A stretch of 64,000 nt of DNA, from the NCBI GenBank assembly GCA_958296445.1, contig OY282565.1, positions 3,936,605 through 4,000,604 of the forward strand. Direction: 5' to 3'. Numbering within the stretch: the stretch's first letter is position 1; each line of letters opens with the position of its first letter. The DNA comes from an uncultured Dehalococcoidia bacterium. Lineage in GTDB: Bacteria; Chloroflexota; Dehalococcoidia; Lucifugimonadales; UBA3495. Below the pieces are notes generated by a model. That model was not told where the DNA came from. It made no database searches and saw nothing but the letters and a program-made list of their open reading frames with translations. Position numbers and translations under genes: made by a program. Positions 21,461-31,384 of this stretch are shown piece after piece.

Positions 21461-21549
21461 GCTTGGGGATGGGCGGCGGTTCGTTTCCGCCGCCCGTTGC
21501 GGGTGTGGGTGGTTGCCGTTTCCGGTGGGTGGCCGTTGTCTTGCCGCGC

Positions 21550-21660
21550 CGTGGATTCCCGCCTTCGCGGGAATGACGGGGGGGGGTCGCGGGAATGACG
21601 AGTAATGGCCGGGAATGATGGGATATTCGCGGATGGCGGGGTATGGGAATGACGGGGGTA
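21550..21660 (+). repeat. Family E palindrome GGATTCCCGCCTTCGCGGGAATGAC with trailing degenerate copies
   Basis: ATTCCC-N8-GGGAAT core, resembling Neisseria dRS3 architecture. Confidence 0.8.
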
Positions 21661-21717
21661 GTGGGGACACTCCCCCGTTTGTGTTGGGCTTGCTGATGGG
21701 TAAGCGAGGGCTTTGCT

Positions 21718-21996
21718 CTAGCCCGGTAGCAGGCCCTCGCCTACGAACAGCTCTTTGGCTTCCTGTAGGGTTAGGTCGGGTTCGGGCAGGATTAGGTCGG
21801 ATTCCACCAGTTCGTCTACGGACAGGGGCTGGCCGTGTTCGCGCACTAGGTCGAGCATTTGCTTTAGCAGGGTTTCGTAGGCGGCCAGTTCGTCGGCTTC
21901 GACGGCTTCGACCAGCTCGTTGTCGATGTCGTTGAGTTGGTCTATGTAGGAGCCGGGGAGGTTGTACTGGCCCTCGGAGGATATGCGGACGATCAT
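21718..21996 (-). CDS. pspAA: PspA-associated protein PspAA
   Basis: MIVRISSEGQY...SDLILPEPDLTL; ATGA overlap with pspA. Confidence 0.8.
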   Translation of the reverse strand: MIVRISSEGQYNLPGSYIDQLNDIDNELVEAVEADELAAYETLLKQMLDLVREHGQPLSVDELVESDLILPEPDLTLQEAKELFVGEGLLPG

Positions 21997-22724
21997 TGCA
22001 AGTCCTCGCTGGCGCGGTTTTTCTTGGCGGAAACTTGGGCTTTCAGGGCGGCGAGTTCGTCTTCGGCACTCTGGCTGGCGGACATTTTCTCCAGTTCGCG
22101 GGTGATGTCGTCCTTGCTGCCGCCGGCGACGTCGTCCAGCACGCCGGAGTTTACCAGTTCGTCAATGGCACCGGCCTTGGCCCGCATATTGTCGGTCTTG
22201 GTTTCGGCCCGTTGCACGGCCACGCCTACGTCGCCCATCTCCTCGGAGATGCCGGAAAGGGCGGAACCGATGCGAACCTGGGCTTGGGCGGCGCTGTACT
22301 GGGCCTTGATGACCTCTTTCTTGCTGCGGAAGGCGGCCACTTTGGCCTGGAGGCGCTGTTCGGCTTGGGTGAGCTTTTCCTGCTCCACTTCCATACCGGC
22401 GATTTGCTCGTCCAGCCCCTGAAGCTCCACTACTGAGGTGTGCTTGCGTTCCAGGGCCAGGCGGGCTAGGTCTTCGCGGCCGGCTTCTAGGGCCTGGCGG
22501 GCCTGCCCTTCGAGGCGGGCGACGTTTTCGCGCACTTTGTCGGCCTGGTTCTGGATTTGCCGCTTGGCCGCCACCATTTCGACCACGCCGCGCTTGACGT
22601 TGCGTAGCATTTCCAGTTGTTGCTCGTAGGAGTAATCCAGGGTTTCGCGGGGGTCTTCGGCGTTGTCCAGTATCCGGTTCATCTTGGATTTCACGATGGT
22701 GGACATCCTTGAGAGCATACCCAT
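21993..22724 (-). CDS. pspA: PspA/IM30 family protein
   Basis: AEDPRETLDY, GREDLARLALERK; coiled coil. Confidence 0.92.
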   Translation of the reverse strand: MGMLSRMSTIVKSKMNRILDNAEDPRETLDYSYEQQLEMLRNVKRGVVEMVAAKRQIQNQADKVRENVARLEGQARQALEAGREDLARLALERKHTSVVELQGLDEQIAGMEVEQEKLTQAEQRLQAKVAAFRSKKEVIKAQYSAAQAQVRIGSALSGISEEMGDVGVAVQRAETKTDNMRAKAGAIDELVNSGVLDDVAGGSKDDITRELEKMSASQSAEDELAALKAQVSAKKNRASEDLQ

Positions 22725-22782
22725 GCCGGGTTCCTCCTGAAATAGTCTTCGCGTTTTGCCGGAAAGGGAACCTCTCCCGGCG

Positions 22783-22974
22783 TCAATAGCCGCGGGAACT
22801 TTTGTTCCGTCCGGTAAATAAGGTTACGATGGCAACGATAATGACTATCACGCCGGCGATGATGATGATGATTCCGAGAATGTCGAGGAGCCACTCAACT
22901 ATGTTGGACTGTACGAGCCAGCCTAAGAATAGCAGAAAAACCCCGACGACAAACAAGCCTAAAGGCGTTCCCAT
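22783..22974 (-). CDS. Small two-TM membrane protein
   Basis: 63 aa, two hydrophobic segments, GGGAG RBS, co-oriented with pspA. Confidence 0.7.
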   Translation of the reverse strand: MGTPLGLFVVGVFLLFLGWLVQSNIVEWLLDILGIIIIIAGVIVIIVAIVTLFTGRNKSSRGY

Positions 22975-23241
22975 CAGCTACTCCCGGTCAACGGCGATGG
23001 ATTCCTGTGCTTCCAGCATAGTCTAAAGGGCTGATTCCCGCAAGCTGGTTGGGCGGGGCGGGATGGCGGGATGGCGGATTTGGGGGCGGGATTGGGGCGG
23101 GGCGGGTTGCGGTGGCACTAGCCGGGAAACGGGGGTTAGGATATACTGCCTGCGGGTATTGGAAAACTTTTGCGCCTGCGCGGCCCCGGCGGTGTTTTGC
23201 CGGGGGGCGCCGGCAACCTTTATCGGGAGAGAACAGCGAGG

Positions 23242-23388
23242 ATGCGTATACCGGGCAGGCGTGTCGGCCGGGTGATTGTGGCGGTGGCTGCGGTCGGGCT
23301 GATTCTCCTTTCAACCGTAGCCAGCCACGGATGCCGAGTTCAGGGCAGCAGTCCGCAGGAGGGCGGGGCGGTGATCTCGTCCGAATAG
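23242..23388 (+). CDS. Putative small exported peptide/lipoprotein (48 aa)
   Basis: MRIPGRRVGRVIVAVAAVGLILLSTVASHGC...: basic n-region, hydrophobic h-region, Cys. Confidence 0.4.
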   Translation: MRIPGRRVGRVIVAVAAVGLILLSTVASHGCRVQGSSPQEGGAVISSE

Positions 23389-23534
23389 GGCCGGGTTGGA
23401 TACGGGTTCAGACGTGGTTTCACCTCGGCCTAACCATCTCTTTACCTAGCCGTCTCTTTACTTAACCGTCCCGCTAGGGGAGGGGGTGAAAGCGGCAGGC
23501 AGGGTTATTCAATCATCCCCGGTCGGGCCTACTG

Positions 23535-24815
23535 ATGGCTGTAGTGCATACGGACAATAGCCTTTCTCCTCACGGCGGCGAGCTTAAGGTGTCGGTGGCG
23601 GCACCGGGCGAGGCGGCGCATTTGGTTGCCGGGCTGCCGCGGCTGGCGGTGGGCGACCAGACGGCGCGGGAGGTTATCAACTTGGCCTACGGCGTTTTTT
23701 CGCCGTTGGACGGGTTTATGGGCCGCGCCGATTTGGATTCCGTGGTGCGGACGATGCGGCTGGAGAGCGGGCTGGTGTGGAGTATTCCCATCATCCTTGA
23801 CGTTGCGCCGACGGATGGGGCTGCCTTGCGGCAGGTTCTGGGCGGGCGGGTGCTGCTGACTCATCAGGGGCAGCCTTTGGCGGTGCTGGACGTGGCCGAG
23901 GTTTATTCCTATGACAAGGCGTTGATGGCGTTGCGGGTTTATGGAACCGCCGACCCGGAGCATCCGGGGGTGGCCCGGACGATGGCGCAGGGGGATACGC
24001 TGGTGGGGGGCAAGGTGACGCTGGTGAATCCGCCGCGGGTCAACCCGCCCTTTGACCGCTTTTGGAAAACGCCGCAACAGCTACGGGCGCGGCTGGAGGA
24101 GCTGGGCTGGAGGTCGGCGGTGGCGCACCAGACGCGCAATGTTCCGCACGCGGGCCACGAAATGCTGATGAAGGGGGCGTTTCTGGCGTCGGGGGCGGAC
24201 GGGATTCTGGTTAGCGCGGTCATCGGGGAAAAGAAACCGGGCGACTACATAGACGAGGCTATCGTGCTGGCCCATTACCGGCTGCGGGAGGAAGGGTTTT
24301 TCCGGCCGGAGATTCACGAAACGACGACGCTGCTGTGGGATATGCGCTACGCCGGGCCGCGCGAGGCGGTGTTTCACGCCATCGTCCGCAAGAATCTGGG
24401 CTGCACGCATCATATGTTCGGGCGGGATCACGCCGGGGTGGGCAGCTATTACGGGCGATATGCGGCGCACGAGGTCTTTGACACGCTTCCCGAACTTGGC
24501 ATAAAATCCGTGCTTACCCTAGAATGGTGGTACTGTCCGGTTTGCGAGGGCGTGGCTTATGAGGGGATTTGCGGCCACCCGGACCGCAAGCAGGATTTGG
24601 CCGGGACGTTAATCCGCAGCATTATCAGCGGGGGGGCGGGCCCGGCGGCCACCACGCTGCGGCCTCAAGTGCTGGAGGTGGTGCGCGACTGCGCCGAGAA
24701 ATACGGGATGGGAACTCCTTTCGTTACGCCGGAATACTTGGAACAGCGCACGCCGGTTGTCACTATGCCGGAGATGGCCTCTTGCGCCTGTACGGAGTGC
24801 CAGTCCGCCGTCTAG
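23535..24815 (+). CDS. sat: Sulfate adenylyltransferase
   Basis: PHGG, FSPLDGFM, QTRNVPHAGH, MRYAGPREA, GRDHAGVG. Confidence 0.95.
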   Translation: MAVVHTDNSLSPHGGELKVSVAAPGEAAHLVAGLPRLAVGDQTAREVINLAYGVFSPLDGFMGRADLDSVVRTMRLESGLVWSIPIILDVAPTDGAALRQVLGGRVLLTHQGQPLAVLDVAEVYSYDKALMALRVYGTADPEHPGVARTMAQGDTLVGGKVTLVNPPRVNPPFDRFWKTPQQLRARLEELGWRSAVAHQTRNVPHAGHEMLMKGAFLASGADGILVSAVIGEKKPGDYIDEAIVLAHYRLREEGFFRPEIHETTTLLWDMRYAGPREAVFHAIVRKNLGCTHHMFGRDHAGVGSYYGRYAAHEVFDTLPELGIKSVLTLEWWYCPVCEGVAYEGICGHPDRKQDLAGTLIRSIISGGAGPAATTLRPQVLEVVRDCAEKYGMGTPFVTPEYLEQRTPVVTMPEMASCACTECQSAV

Positions 24816-24827
24816 CCCCACGCCGGA

Positions 24828-24932
24828 ATTAAACGCAGAGGGCGCAGAGGGGGCGCAGAGAGCGCAGAGATAACAGGAATCGAAAATAAACTCTGCGGCC
24901 TCTGCGCCCGGTTCTGCGCCCTCTGCGTTGAG
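24828..24932. repeat. Family D inverted repeat (AACGCAGAGGGCGCAGAG...CTCTGCGCCCTCTGCGTT)
   Basis: CGCAGAG units followed by their reverse complements. Confidence 0.88.
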
Positions 24933-24969
24933 AATTAGAGCGCCATTCGCCTTTAAGGAAGTGTGAGCC

Positions 24970-25428
24970 GTGCCGACATTCGTAGACCCCAATACCTGCA
25001 ACGCCTGCGCCGAGGAGCATCTGGGGCCTCTCTGCGTGTATATCTGCCCCAACGACCTGATGGCCCTGGATGTGGTGGCGAACAAGGGCTTTAACCAGGA
25101 ACCGGATATGTGTTCGGAGTGCTACGCCTGCGTGAAGCTGTGTCCGCAGGAGGCGATCCGCGTCCGGGGGTACGCCGACTTTGTGCCGCTGGGGGCGCTG
25201 GTGCAGCCGCACCGGACGGAGGACGGGCTGCAATGGGAGGTGGTGTTCCGGGACGGGCGCCGGTTCGAGTTTACGTACCAGTCGCGCACCCGCGCCGCCG
25301 GTTCGGTGGCGCCGTATCAGGGGTTCACCGAGGACAGCGCCGCCGACCTGCGGAACCAGAACCTGGCCGGGGATTCGGTGTGGCTGGGCGTAGACAAGCT
25401 GCCCGCGCCTGCGCGGGGCCGGGATTAA
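24970..25428 (+). CDS. aprB: Adenylylsulfate reductase beta subunit
   Basis: MPTFV..C..C, CVYICPNDLM, NQEPDMCSECYACVKLCPQEAI.VRGYADF. Confidence 0.95.
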   Translation: MPTFVDPNTCNACAEEHLGPLCVYICPNDLMALDVVANKGFNQEPDMCSECYACVKLCPQEAIRVRGYADFVPLGALVQPHRTEDGLQWEVVFRDGRRFEFTYQSRTRAAGSVAPYQGFTEDSAADLRNQNLAGDSVWLGVDKLPAPARGRD

Positions 25429-25523
25429 ACGCAGAGGACGCAGAGGGGGCGCAGAGGACGCAGATTTTCCTGACAACCGCTTCTCTGTGTTCTCTGCGCG
25501 TTCTCTGCGTCCTCTGCGTTTAA
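25426..25523. repeat. Family D inverted repeat between aprB and aprA
   Basis: TTAAACGCAGAGGACGCAGAG...CTCTGCGTCCTCTGCGTTTAA. Confidence 0.88.
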
Positions 25524-25545
25524 CCAAAATCGGAGGAGGAGAGCC

Positions 25546-27417
25546 GTGGCTTTTGAGACCACCGAAACGGTTGATTGCGACATTTTGATTATCGGCGGCG
25601 GTATGTCGGGCTGCGGGGCGGCATTTGAAGCCAAGTTCTGGGCGGGCGACCGCCGGGTGGTACTGGCGGAGAAGGCGGTTATCGAGCGCAGCGGGGCCAC
25701 CGGCGAGGGGCTTTCGGCGATCAACTGCTATATGGGGCAGCGCTACGGGTGGAACACGCCCGAGGATTTCGTCAACTACGTGGTCAACGATATGATGGGG
25801 CTGGCCCGCGAGGATCTGGTGTATGACGTGGGCCGCCACGTGGACAATTCGGTTCACCTGCTGGAGGAGTGGGGGCTGCCGATCTGGAAGCAGGAAAACG
25901 GGCAGTATGAGCGCATCGGGCGGTGGCAGATTCCGATTCACGGGGAATCAATCAAGCCCATCGCCGCCGAACCGGCCCGGACGGCGCTGGGGCCGGAGAA
26001 TATCTACGAGCGCGTCGCCATCACGCACCTGCTGACGGATGACGATGATCCGGGCAAAATCGCGGGGGCCTTGGGCTTTTCGGTGCGCGACAACCGCTTT
26101 TACGTTTTTCGCTCGCCGGTGGTGATTATCACGACGGGCGGGGCGTCCAACGTTTTCCGCCCGCGGTCGGTAAGCGAGGGGCTGGGGCGCACGTGGTACT
26201 CGGTTTTCGCCACCGGCTCGGCCTACGGGCTGATGATACCGGCCGGGGTCGAGATGACGCAGATGGAGCATCGGTTCGTGCCGACCCGTTTTAAGGACGG
26301 CTACGGGCCGGTGGGGATGTGGTTCCAGTATTTCCACGCCAAGGTGCTGAACGCGCTGGGGGATGATTACACCGTTACCCGCGCCGACGAACTGGGCAAG
26401 TATGAGCCCTATGGGTCGGCGATACCGACGCCGACGCCCCTGCGGAATCACCAGATGTTTTTGGACATCCGCGACGGCTACGGGCCGATGTATATGCGAA
26501 CCGACCAGGCGATGCAGGCGTTGTCGGGGGGCGACCCGGCCAAGATGGAGCAGGTGCGGAACGAGGCTTGGGAAGATTTCCTCGATATGACGATTTCGCA
26601 GGCGCTTACTTGGGCGGCGCAGAATATCGCGCCGGAAGAAACGCCGTCGGAGGTGGTGCTGGCCGAACCCTACATAATGGGTTCCCATTCGGGCGAGGCC
26701 GGGGCGTGGGTGAGCGGGCCGGAGGACGTTACGGGTTCGGGGGCGGCGCCGGATTACTTCTGGGGCTACAACCGGATGACCACCATCCGCGGGCTGTTCG
26801 CGGCGGGCGACGGCGTGGGGGCGGCGCCGCACAAGTTTTCGTCGGGTTCTTTCACCGAGGGCCGCATCGCCGCCAAGGCGGCGGTCAACTATCTGGCCGA
26901 CAACCCGGGCCGCCCGGCAGTCACCGGCGAGCAGGTGCAGGGGCTGCAACAAACGATACTGGCCCCGCTGGCAACCTATGACCGGCACAAGGGGGCGACT
27001 ACCGCCGAGGAAATCAACCCCCATTACCTGACGCCGAAGCAGGGTTTGGTGCGGCTTCAGAAGATTATGGACGAGTACGGGGCGGGGGCGTCGGCCTGGT
27101 ATACCACCAACGGCCCGACGCTGGAGCGGGGAATCCAGCTAATCGAGATGCTGCGGGAGGATTTGGCGCATTTGGCGGCCCGCAGCCCGCATGAGCTGAT
27201 GCGCTGCTGGGAGCTGGTTCATCGCGCCTGGGTCGGGGAGGCCCATCTGCGGCATCTGCTCTACCGCCAAGAAACCCGCTGGCCGGGCTACTACTACCGC
27301 TCGGATTACCCGAACCTGGACGACGCCAACTGGCGGGTTTTCGTGAACTCGCGCTACGACCGGGCCGCCGATTCTTGGGAGCTGATGACCCGGCCATACC
27401 GGAACTTGATTACCTAG
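25546..27417 (+). CDS. aprA: Adenylylsulfate reductase alpha subunit
   Basis: GLSAIN, RFKDGYGPVG, EAWEDFLDMT, HKFSSGS, ETRWPGYYYR. Confidence 0.96.
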   Translation: MAFETTETVDCDILIIGGGMSGCGAAFEAKFWAGDRRVVLAEKAVIERSGATGEGLSAINCYMGQRYGWNTPEDFVNYVVNDMMGLAREDLVYDVGRHVDNSVHLLEEWGLPIWKQENGQYERIGRWQIPIHGESIKPIAAEPARTALGPENIYERVAITHLLTDDDDPGKIAGALGFSVRDNRFYVFRSPVVIITTGGASNVFRPRSVSEGLGRTWYSVFATGSAYGLMIPAGVEMTQMEHRFVPTRFKDGYGPVGMWFQYFHAKVLNALGDDYTVTRADELGKYEPYGSAIPTPTPLRNHQMFLDIRDGYGPMYMRTDQAMQALSGGDPAKMEQVRNEAWEDFLDMTISQALTWAAQNIAPEETPSEVVLAEPYIMGSHSGEAGAWVSGPEDVTGSGAAPDYFWGYNRMTTIRGLFAAGDGVGAAPHKFSSGSFTEGRIAAKAAVNYLADNPGRPAVTGEQVQGLQQTILAPLATYDRHKGATTAEEINPHYLTPKQGLVRLQKIMDEYGAGASAWYTTNGPTLERGIQLIEMLREDLAHLAARSPHELMRCWELVHRAWVGEAHLRHLLYRQETRWPGYYYRSDYPNLDDANWRVFVNSRYDRAADSWELMTRPYRNLIT

Positions 27418-27448
27418 CGGGGGTTTGGTTGTCCGGGGGATTGGATGG

Positions 27449-27477
27449 GGGCGTTCCTGATGGGGCGCCCTTTTTTT
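27449..27477 (+). terminator. Intrinsic terminator after aprA
   Basis: GGGCGTTCC-TGAT-GGGGCGCCC hairpin followed by T7. Confidence 0.7.
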
Positions 27478-27529
27478 GTGGGCTGGGTTGACGGGTTCTT
27501 GGGGTGTATGCGTTGGTGATTCCAGCCCG

Positions 27530-27582
27530 GGCCGTGGATTCCCGCTTTCGCGGGAATGACGGGGGTTGCGGGGATGACGGGG
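27530..27582 (+). repeat. Family E palindrome
   Basis: GGATTCCCGCTTTCGCGGGAATGAC plus one degenerate copy. Confidence 0.8.
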
Positions 27583-27590
27583 CGGGGTGG

Positions 27591-28379
27591 TTACTCAAGC
27601 CAGCCGTCGTCGTCGCGCCAGTAGTCCCAGGGGGAGGGGCGGCGGGGTAGGATGGGGCGGCGGGTTAGCAGGCGTGCGGCGGCAATCAGGGCCAGGCCGG
27701 CCGCGAAGCCGCCTATGTGGGCGAAGAAGGCTACGCTTACGGTGCTGGACAGCCCTAGCGATGTTAGGGCCTGGAAAAGCTGCCAGACGAACCAGCCGCC
27801 CAGCAGCCACATCGCGGGCAGCTCAATGACGGTGATGATGAACATTACGATGAGGGCCCGGATGCGGTTGTAGGGGTAGGTGAGCAGGTAGGCCCCCAGC
27901 ACGCCGGAGACTGCCCCGCTGGCGCCGATGAGGGGCGCCTGCGACTGCGGGTCAATGGCTAGGTGGCTCAGGGTTGCGGCTACGCCGGTGGCTAGGTAGA
28001 GGGCGATGAAACGGAGCGGCCCTAGGGAGCGTTCCATGCTGTTGCCGAACACCCAGAGGAACAGCATATTGCCTGCCAGGTGCAGGATGCCGCCGTGAAT
28101 GAACATTGAGGACAAGATGGTGGCCCAAGTGGGAATGGGCGAGGCGATGCCGGTTCCGTCGAGCAGCCGCTGGTAATCGCGGCCTTCGGCCAGTTCGGAG
28201 GGGATGAATCCCCACCGGAAAAAGAAAACGGCGATGTCTCGGCTGCCGCCGCCGGTGAGAACGCCCAAGCCGCCAGTCTGAAGCTCGTAGAGAAAGACTA
28301 GGCAGTTGAGCGCAATCAGCCCGGCGGTTACCGGGGGGATTCCGCTGCGGCGGGCGCCGGCGTCGGCGAAAGGGAACAC
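27591..28379 (-). CDS. Rhomboid intramembrane serine protease
   Basis: HGGILHLAGNM, GASGA, AHIGG. Confidence 0.92.
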   Translation of the reverse strand: MFPFADAGARRSGIPPVTAGLIALNCLVFLYELQTGGLGVLTGGGSRDIAVFFFRWGFIPSELAEGRDYQRLLDGTGIASPIPTWATILSSMFIHGGILHLAGNMLFLWVFGNSMERSLGPLRFIALYLATGVAATLSHLAIDPQSQAPLIGASGAVSGVLGAYLLTYPYNRIRALIVMFIITVIELPAMWLLGGWFVWQLFQALTSLGLSSTVSVAFFAHIGGFAAGLALIAAARLLTRRPILPRRPSPWDYWRDDDGWLE

Positions 28380-28461
28380 GGTTTGATGTCCTTTACGGCG
28401 GGGCTGCCCGGCGCGGCGGCGGGGCGGACGGCGCAGGAATCATAGTGGGCTACAGGGCGGG

Positions 28462-29175
28462 CTACGGCGCGGCGGGGGCGGGGACGATGTCGCCGGCGGC
28501 GTGGGTGATTATCTCGGCGGCTGTCTTGGGGGTCATTCGCCCCATATTGAGCATCATCTGGTAGTGGGTGGGGTCGTTGGGGTTGTAGTCCCAGAAGCGG
28601 CGGAAGAAAGCCTCGCGGGCGCGTTCCAGTTCGGCGCCGTAGCTTTCGGCTTCGGCCCGGGTGTAGTTTTCGCGTTGCATTAGGGTTTGTACGCGAACTT
28701 CCAGGGGGGCCATAAGCCCCACGTGAAAGGCGCCGGGCAGGTCGGTGAGGATGGCGTTGGCGCCGCGGCCGATGATTACGGCGTTGCCGGCCTCGTAGAT
28801 GTCTTTAACCACTTTTTCGGTGGCTTCGATAAATTCGCGGTCGCTGATTTGGCGGTTGGCGGCGCCCTCGCCCATCATTTCCATAAAGGTTTCCGGGGGC
28901 AGATTTTCGATGCCCCGTCCGAAGTAGGGTTCGCCGCTTACGCCGGACATTGCGGAACGCTCGAGCATCGTTTGCAGGAAGCGGCCCAAGCGGTCGCGGA
29001 AGCGGTCAACGCGCTGTTCCTTGGCGATTAGGGCGCCTACCGGAGTGCCAACCAGACGGGCGGCCTGGGTAAAGATCAGGCGGTCGTAAAAGTTCAGCTC
29101 CAGTTGCTCGGCCACCATCTGGCCGATGGAGACCGCTCCGGCGCCCAAGGGGCCGTTGATGGTTATGACTGGCAT
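28462..29175 (-). CDS. Cytidylate kinase-like family protein
   Basis: VITINGPLGAG, VIIGRGAN, DPTHYQMMLN. Confidence 0.8.
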   Translation of the reverse strand: MPVITINGPLGAGAVSIGQMVAEQLELNFYDRLIFTQAARLVGTPVGALIAKEQRVDRFRDRLGRFLQTMLERSAMSGVSGEPYFGRGIENLPPETFMEMMGEGAANRQISDREFIEATEKVVKDIYEAGNAVIIGRGANAILTDLPGAFHVGLMAPLEVRVQTLMQRENYTRAEAESYGAELERAREAFFRRFWDYNPNDPTHYQMMLNMGRMTPKTAAEIITHAAGDIVPAPAAP

Positions 29176-29251
29176 TGCTGTTTCCTCCGGTTTAAGGTGG
29201 GGCTTTTGCCGGCCCTTGAACCGCCTGCCGCGATTTTGGGTTTTGGGGCGG

Positions 29252-29830
29252 CTAGGCTATGGACTCCAGCAGGCGGGCGCGGCGGCGGGGGTATTCCTCG
29301 GCGAGCAGGCCGAGGGCGTAGGAGTCGAACCACTGGTCGCCGCGGCGGTGGGCTTTGCGGAAGTGGCCTTCCACCACAAAGCCGATATGCTCGACCATCG
29401 CCATAGCGGGTTTGTTGTATTCCGGGACGTCTACCCAGATGCGATGCAGGCCCAGGTCATTGAAGGCGTGATCCAGCAGGGTGACCAGCGCGGTGGTGCC
29501 GTAGTGGTGATGCCACAGGTCTTTGCGGCCAACCAGGATGTAGGCTTGGGCTTCGAGCAGGGGCCATTCGATGACCAGTTGGGCTTCGCCGATGTGTTCG
29601 CCGTCGCCGGAGTAGACGGCGAAAACCTTGCGGTTGCCGTCGTTGAACACCCGCTCCCAATCGCTGCTGTCGCCGTCCAGGATGTGGGACGGAACATAAC
29701 CGGCGTGGAGCGGCTGGCCGTCATCGCCCAAGCCGTACCAGGACGTGTTGACTTCTTCGTCCTCCAGCCACTCCATCAGCCGTTTCACGTCGTCGCGGGT
29801 GGGCGCTGCCAGAGAAACTTGCGGAAACAT
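29252..29830 (-). CDS. GNAT N-acetyltransferase (RimJ/RimL-like)
   Basis: WHHHYGT, LGLHRI, N..A.....GFVVEG. Confidence 0.82.
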   Translation of the reverse strand: MFPQVSLAAPTRDDVKRLMEWLEDEEVNTSWYGLGDDGQPLHAGYVPSHILDGDSSDWERVFNDGNRKVFAVYSGDGEHIGEAQLVIEWPLLEAQAYILVGRKDLWHHHYGTTALVTLLDHAFNDLGLHRIWVDVPEYNKPAMAMVEHIGFVVEGHFRKAHRRGDQWFDSYALGLLAEEYPRRRARLLESIA

Positions 29831-30107
29831 ACTGCACCCCCGTCGGCTCATTGCCGGATAATGCCGGGGCGGGATATTCCATCCCGCCGCGCGTAGCGTC
29901 TTGCCGAATTGTGTTTATGGTATACATTATATCAGCACGGGCCGGTATACCGGCCCGGTTTTGGGGCGTTTCGGTTCTTTGCCCGAATCGGGATTCAGGC
30001 AATTGCGTTGAGACCGGGTTATCGGGCGGAAAGGCGCGGGCCGGAAAATTGGCGAGTAGTATACTCCCGCAAGGGGCTGTGGGCTAGACGCCCGGCGGCA
30101 ATAGGGG

Positions 30108-30134
30108 AGATTCTTCGCTGCGCTCAGAATGACA
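30108..30134 (+). repeat. Single family A unit
   Basis: GATTCTTCGCTGCGCTCAGAATGAC. Confidence 0.8.
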
Positions 30135-30154
30135 GGGGCAGAAAGAGAGGATGT

Positions 30155-30937
30155 ATGCGCGAGAATACGCTGAAGGCAACCTTGAAAGAGGGCAAGGCCG
30201 TTTTTGGGGTGATGATTACTTTTCCGTCGGCCCCGGTGGTGGAAATGCTGGGGTGCCTGGGGTTCGACTGGGTGCTGATAGATAACGAACACGGTTCGAT
30301 TACGGTGGATAACTCGGAGGATCTGGTGCGGGCCGCCGAGCTTTCCGGCATTGCGCCCATCGTCCGCCCGGTGGCGAACAAACCGGAAATCATCGCTCCC
30401 TTTCTGGACCGGGGGGCTTGGGGGGTGCAGGTGCCGCACGTGAACACTGCGGACGAGGCGAGGGCGGCGGTGGACGCGGTGAAGTATTACCCGGAGGGAC
30501 ACCGGGGGATATTCAGCCGCAGTAGGCCGGCGGGCTACGGTTTCAGCGGCTCTACGGGCGACTATGTGGCCGAGGCGAACCGCAATACGCTGGTTTGCCT
30601 GATGCTGGAGGAGGTGGAGGCCATCGAGAACCTGGAGTCAATGGTGCAGGTGGAGGGGGTGGACGTTTTCTTTATCGGCTCCGGCGATTTGTCGCAGTCT
30701 ATGGGCGTCCCCGGCCAGCAGACCCACCCGGAGGTGCAGGCGCAGATGGAGCGGGGCGTGGACGTCATCGTGAAGGCGGGAAAGGTGGCCGGGGTAAGCT
30801 GCCCGGACAATCTGGTGCCCAAGTTCCTTGATTTGGGCGTGCAATACTTTCACGGCAACGTCAACAGCCTGTTGCAGGCGTCCAGCGTGGCCTACCTGGA
30901 GGGGATGCGGGGGGCCGCGGCGAAGGCGGGGTTGTAG
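30155..30937 (+). CDS. HpcH/HpaI aldolase family protein
   Basis: GFDWVLIDNEH, VKYYPEGHRG, FIGSGDLSQSMG. Confidence 0.9.
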   Translation: MRENTLKATLKEGKAVFGVMITFPSAPVVEMLGCLGFDWVLIDNEHGSITVDNSEDLVRAAELSGIAPIVRPVANKPEIIAPFLDRGAWGVQVPHVNTADEARAAVDAVKYYPEGHRGIFSRSRPAGYGFSGSTGDYVAEANRNTLVCLMLEEVEAIENLESMVQVEGVDVFFIGSGDLSQSMGVPGQQTHPEVQAQMERGVDVIVKAGKVAGVSCPDNLVPKFLDLGVQYFHGNVNSLLQASSVAYLEGMRGAAAKAGL

Positions 30938-31047
30938 GGGGTGTACGTAGACAAGGTTGGCGTCCGTCTGCCAGCAACCTCTGGCATTCTGCCCGCGATT
31001 GCTGGTAAAATATATTTGTTCACCACGTTAAGTAAGGAGGGAGAGGC

Positions 31048-31377
31048 TTGGCTATGCGACAGTTGCCAGGGGCAGGCGCTTCCGCCGGTCAGCACGCCGA
31101 CTGGTCTGAGCTGTTGCCTGAACTGCTGAAGCCCAGAAAACCGCCAACGGTAGAACAATTTTCCGCGGCGGTGCAAGGGGTAGCCAGCTCGTTTGAGCAA
31201 GGCTACATCAGCGAGGCTGAAGCGGATATGCTCTTGCGGCACTTGTGCAGTGCTTTCATCGCCAACGAGATGATTGGCTTGTTGCCTGCGTTGTCTGCTA
31301 ACCCCTTCAGGGAACGCCGAAGCTATCAGGCCAATGCTTCAATGGGGGTCTTCTCTTCGTATCTAAACAGGTGGTAA
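31048..31377 (+). CDS. Hypothetical protein (lower-GC islet)
   Basis: Strong RBS AAGGAGG; 7-nt gap to the next ORF. Confidence 0.5.
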   Translation: MAMRQLPGAGASAGQHADWSELLPELLKPRKPPTVEQFSAAVQGVASSFEQGYISEAEADMLLRHLCSAFIANEMIGLLPALSANPFRERRSYQANASMGVFSSYLNRW

Positions 31378-31384
31378 GCACCAG

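Noticed and set aside
23160-23235. SAM-I riboswitch upstream of sat
   Set aside because: Only CGGCAACC resembles it; core P1 and kink-turn elements were not found
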